A stretch of DNA of 64,000 nt from an uncultured Clostridia bacterium (lineage in GTDB: Bacteria > Bacillota > Clostridia > TANB77 > CAG-508): assembly GCA_947630185.1 (NCBI GenBank), contig CANRGT010000006.1:6186-70185 (forward strand), given 5' to 3'. Each line of letters opens with the position of its first letter. The first letter of the stretch is position 1. This document shows positions 62,608 to 64,000 of this stretch, piece by piece. The notes beneath the pieces were generated by a model, which saw only the letters and a program-made list of their open reading frames with translations, was not told the DNA's origin and did not search any database. The position numbers and the translations under genes were made by a program.

Positions 62608-64000
62608 TTATACCCAATTATTAAGATCCCTTATTATTTGTAAATATTTTTCTGCTTCTTGACTGCTTATTCCTCTATCATTTAATCCTTCTTTTAATGC
62701 ATCATATTTTGCTTCATCTCCATCTACTTGTGAAGCCATTTTAGCTACCATAAGCTTTTCGTTGTCATTTAAACTTTCATTTTTTATCATTTTTATAATT
62801 ATATCGTCATTTGTTATTCCATAAGCTCTATATTCTTGAGCTACTTCTTTCATTATTCTTTGTGCACCAGCTTTATCAACACCAAATTTTTCTTGATATT
62901 TCTTTATTCTTTCTTTATCTTCTAATGCTTTCTGGTCTGATCTTTCATTTATTTCGTCTTTTGTATGAGTAGCTTCATAAAAGTTTTCATATTCTTTACT
63001 AATTCCATCTTTCATATTAGCTATTTTATTTGTTATTCCTTTTCCTGCTAATAATCCAGCCCCTGCTCCTGCTAGACCATACTTAGCTACATTTGAGAAA
63101 TCATCTGATACTAAACCAGCAGTTAAGCCTATAGTTGCGCCAGTAGCCATTAAGCCTACTTTTAATGCACCCTTTAAGCCTTTTTTAGCAAGTTTTGGTC
63201 CTACATATTTAACACCTTTACTAAATTTAGAATTTCCAACTTTATTTGCTAAATTTCTTATTTTACTATCTTCTAATTTTTTTCTCGTTCTATTTTGTTC
63301 TTCTGCTATAATTTGTGCTTGTCTAGATATTACTATAGTAGCATCTGTGTCATTAGAATTTTCACTATTTTGTGAATTTGGTTGTCCACCATTATTTTGG
63401 TCATTTGCTCCTGAATTTTGAGCATTTTCCTGACCATTTTGATTATCTCCTTGACTATTTTGATTATCCCCCTGTCCGTTTTGACTATCACCTTGTCCAT
63501 TTTCTTGGTCATTACCATTATTAGGACCTTGTCCTCCGTTATTTTCTCGTGAGCCAAACACACTTTGTGTTAATTGATTTATATCTTTATCTGGCTTTCT
63601 ATTTGCTTGTGCAATTTTATTTTTTTCTTCTTCACCTTTATCTTTATTATTACCACCTTTAAAATGACTAGTTAATGCATTCATACCCTTCATTACTATA
63701 GCTCCACCCAATGCTGCTGATGTAGCTGATGCCGTTTCTGCTTTATTAAATCCAAATAATTTTCTCATTATTTTTTCTGCTTGTAATATAAAGCCAAACG
63801 CTACTAATGAATAAATAATATTTTTTGATGCAAAATCAAGTGCAGTTCCTATTAATACGGTATACAAAATTAAATGTACTGGTTGTATCAATAAATTAAA
63901 TATGTATTCTTTTATCCATGTATCAAATCCTTGTGCACTATTATCATGAATTTTATCTAGTGGATATGTCATAGCTACTAATGGTGCAATCATAGTTAAA
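62608..64000 (-). CDS. TrbL/VirB6-like polytopic membrane protein (5' part outside the window)
   Basis: LTMIAPLVAMTYPLDK...FDTWIKEYIFNLLIQPVHLILY TM region, GQ/N-rich 21-bp repeats, Gly/Ala-rich hairpin. Confidence 0.6.
   Translation of the reverse strand, partial: LTMIAPLVAMTYPLDKIHDNSAQGFDTWIKEYIFNLLIQPVHLILYTVLIGTALDFASKNIIYSLVAFGFILQAEKIMRKLFGFNKAETASATSAALGGAIVMKGMNALTSHFKGGNNKDKGEEEKNKIAQANRKPDKDINQLTQSVFGSRENNGGQGPNNGNDQENGQGDSQNGQGDNQNSQGDNQNGQENAQNSGANDQNNGGQPNSQNSENSNDTDATIVISRQAQIIAEEQNRTRKKLEDSKIRNLANKVGNSKFSKGVKYVGPKLAKKGLKGALKVGLMATGATIGLTAGLVSDDFSNVAKYGLAGAGAGLLAGKGITNKIANMKDGISKEYENFYEATHTKDEINERSDQKALEDKERIKKYQEKFGVDKAGAQRIMKEVAQEYRAYGITNDDIIIKMIKNESLNDNEKLMVAKMASQVDGDEAKYDALKEGLNDRGISSQEAEKYLQIIRDLNNWV

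Overview
Very AT-rich chromosomal window from an endospore-forming Clostridia-class Firmicute. The style resembles uncultured gut lineages such as TANB77, but that assignment is inference only. Almost all genes lie on the minus strand. The core backbone is: spoIIGA-sigE-sigG; the division cluster murA-ftsQ-DUF881x2-sbp-ftsA-ftsZ; patatin; topB; a ClpC/E ATPase with pgsA; bofC-like; sua5; comEC (split by a +1 frameshift); an SH3-NlpC/P60 hydrolase; the str operon (rpsL-rpsG-fusA-tuf); trmFO; a SNF2 helicase; a large thioester-domain adhesin; tRNA-Gly and tRNA-Cys; and a DD-carboxypeptidase. At the right end is a cluster resembling a Gram-positive T4SS/conjugation module (VirB6-like, two VirB8-like, and a lysozyme plus C39-like hydrolase), with no mobility genes visible in the window. 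Small accessory genes sit between core genes, and in three places they are bracketed by duplicated terminator or terminator+promoter segments. The most striking unannotated signal is a family of five co-oriented intergenic elements, four complete (110-165 bp) and one partial. Their primary sequence diverges, but a multi-stem fold with compensatory changes and nested GNA mini-hairpins is preserved. Other leads are a possibly programmed +1 frameshift in comEC, a hicAB promoter layout that may tie toxin synthesis to comEC read-through, an FGE/CLec gene with a DGR-VR-like 3' end, and a tRNA-Gly with an A19:U56 elbow. No CRISPR array, integrase, transposase or reverse transcriptase was seen.
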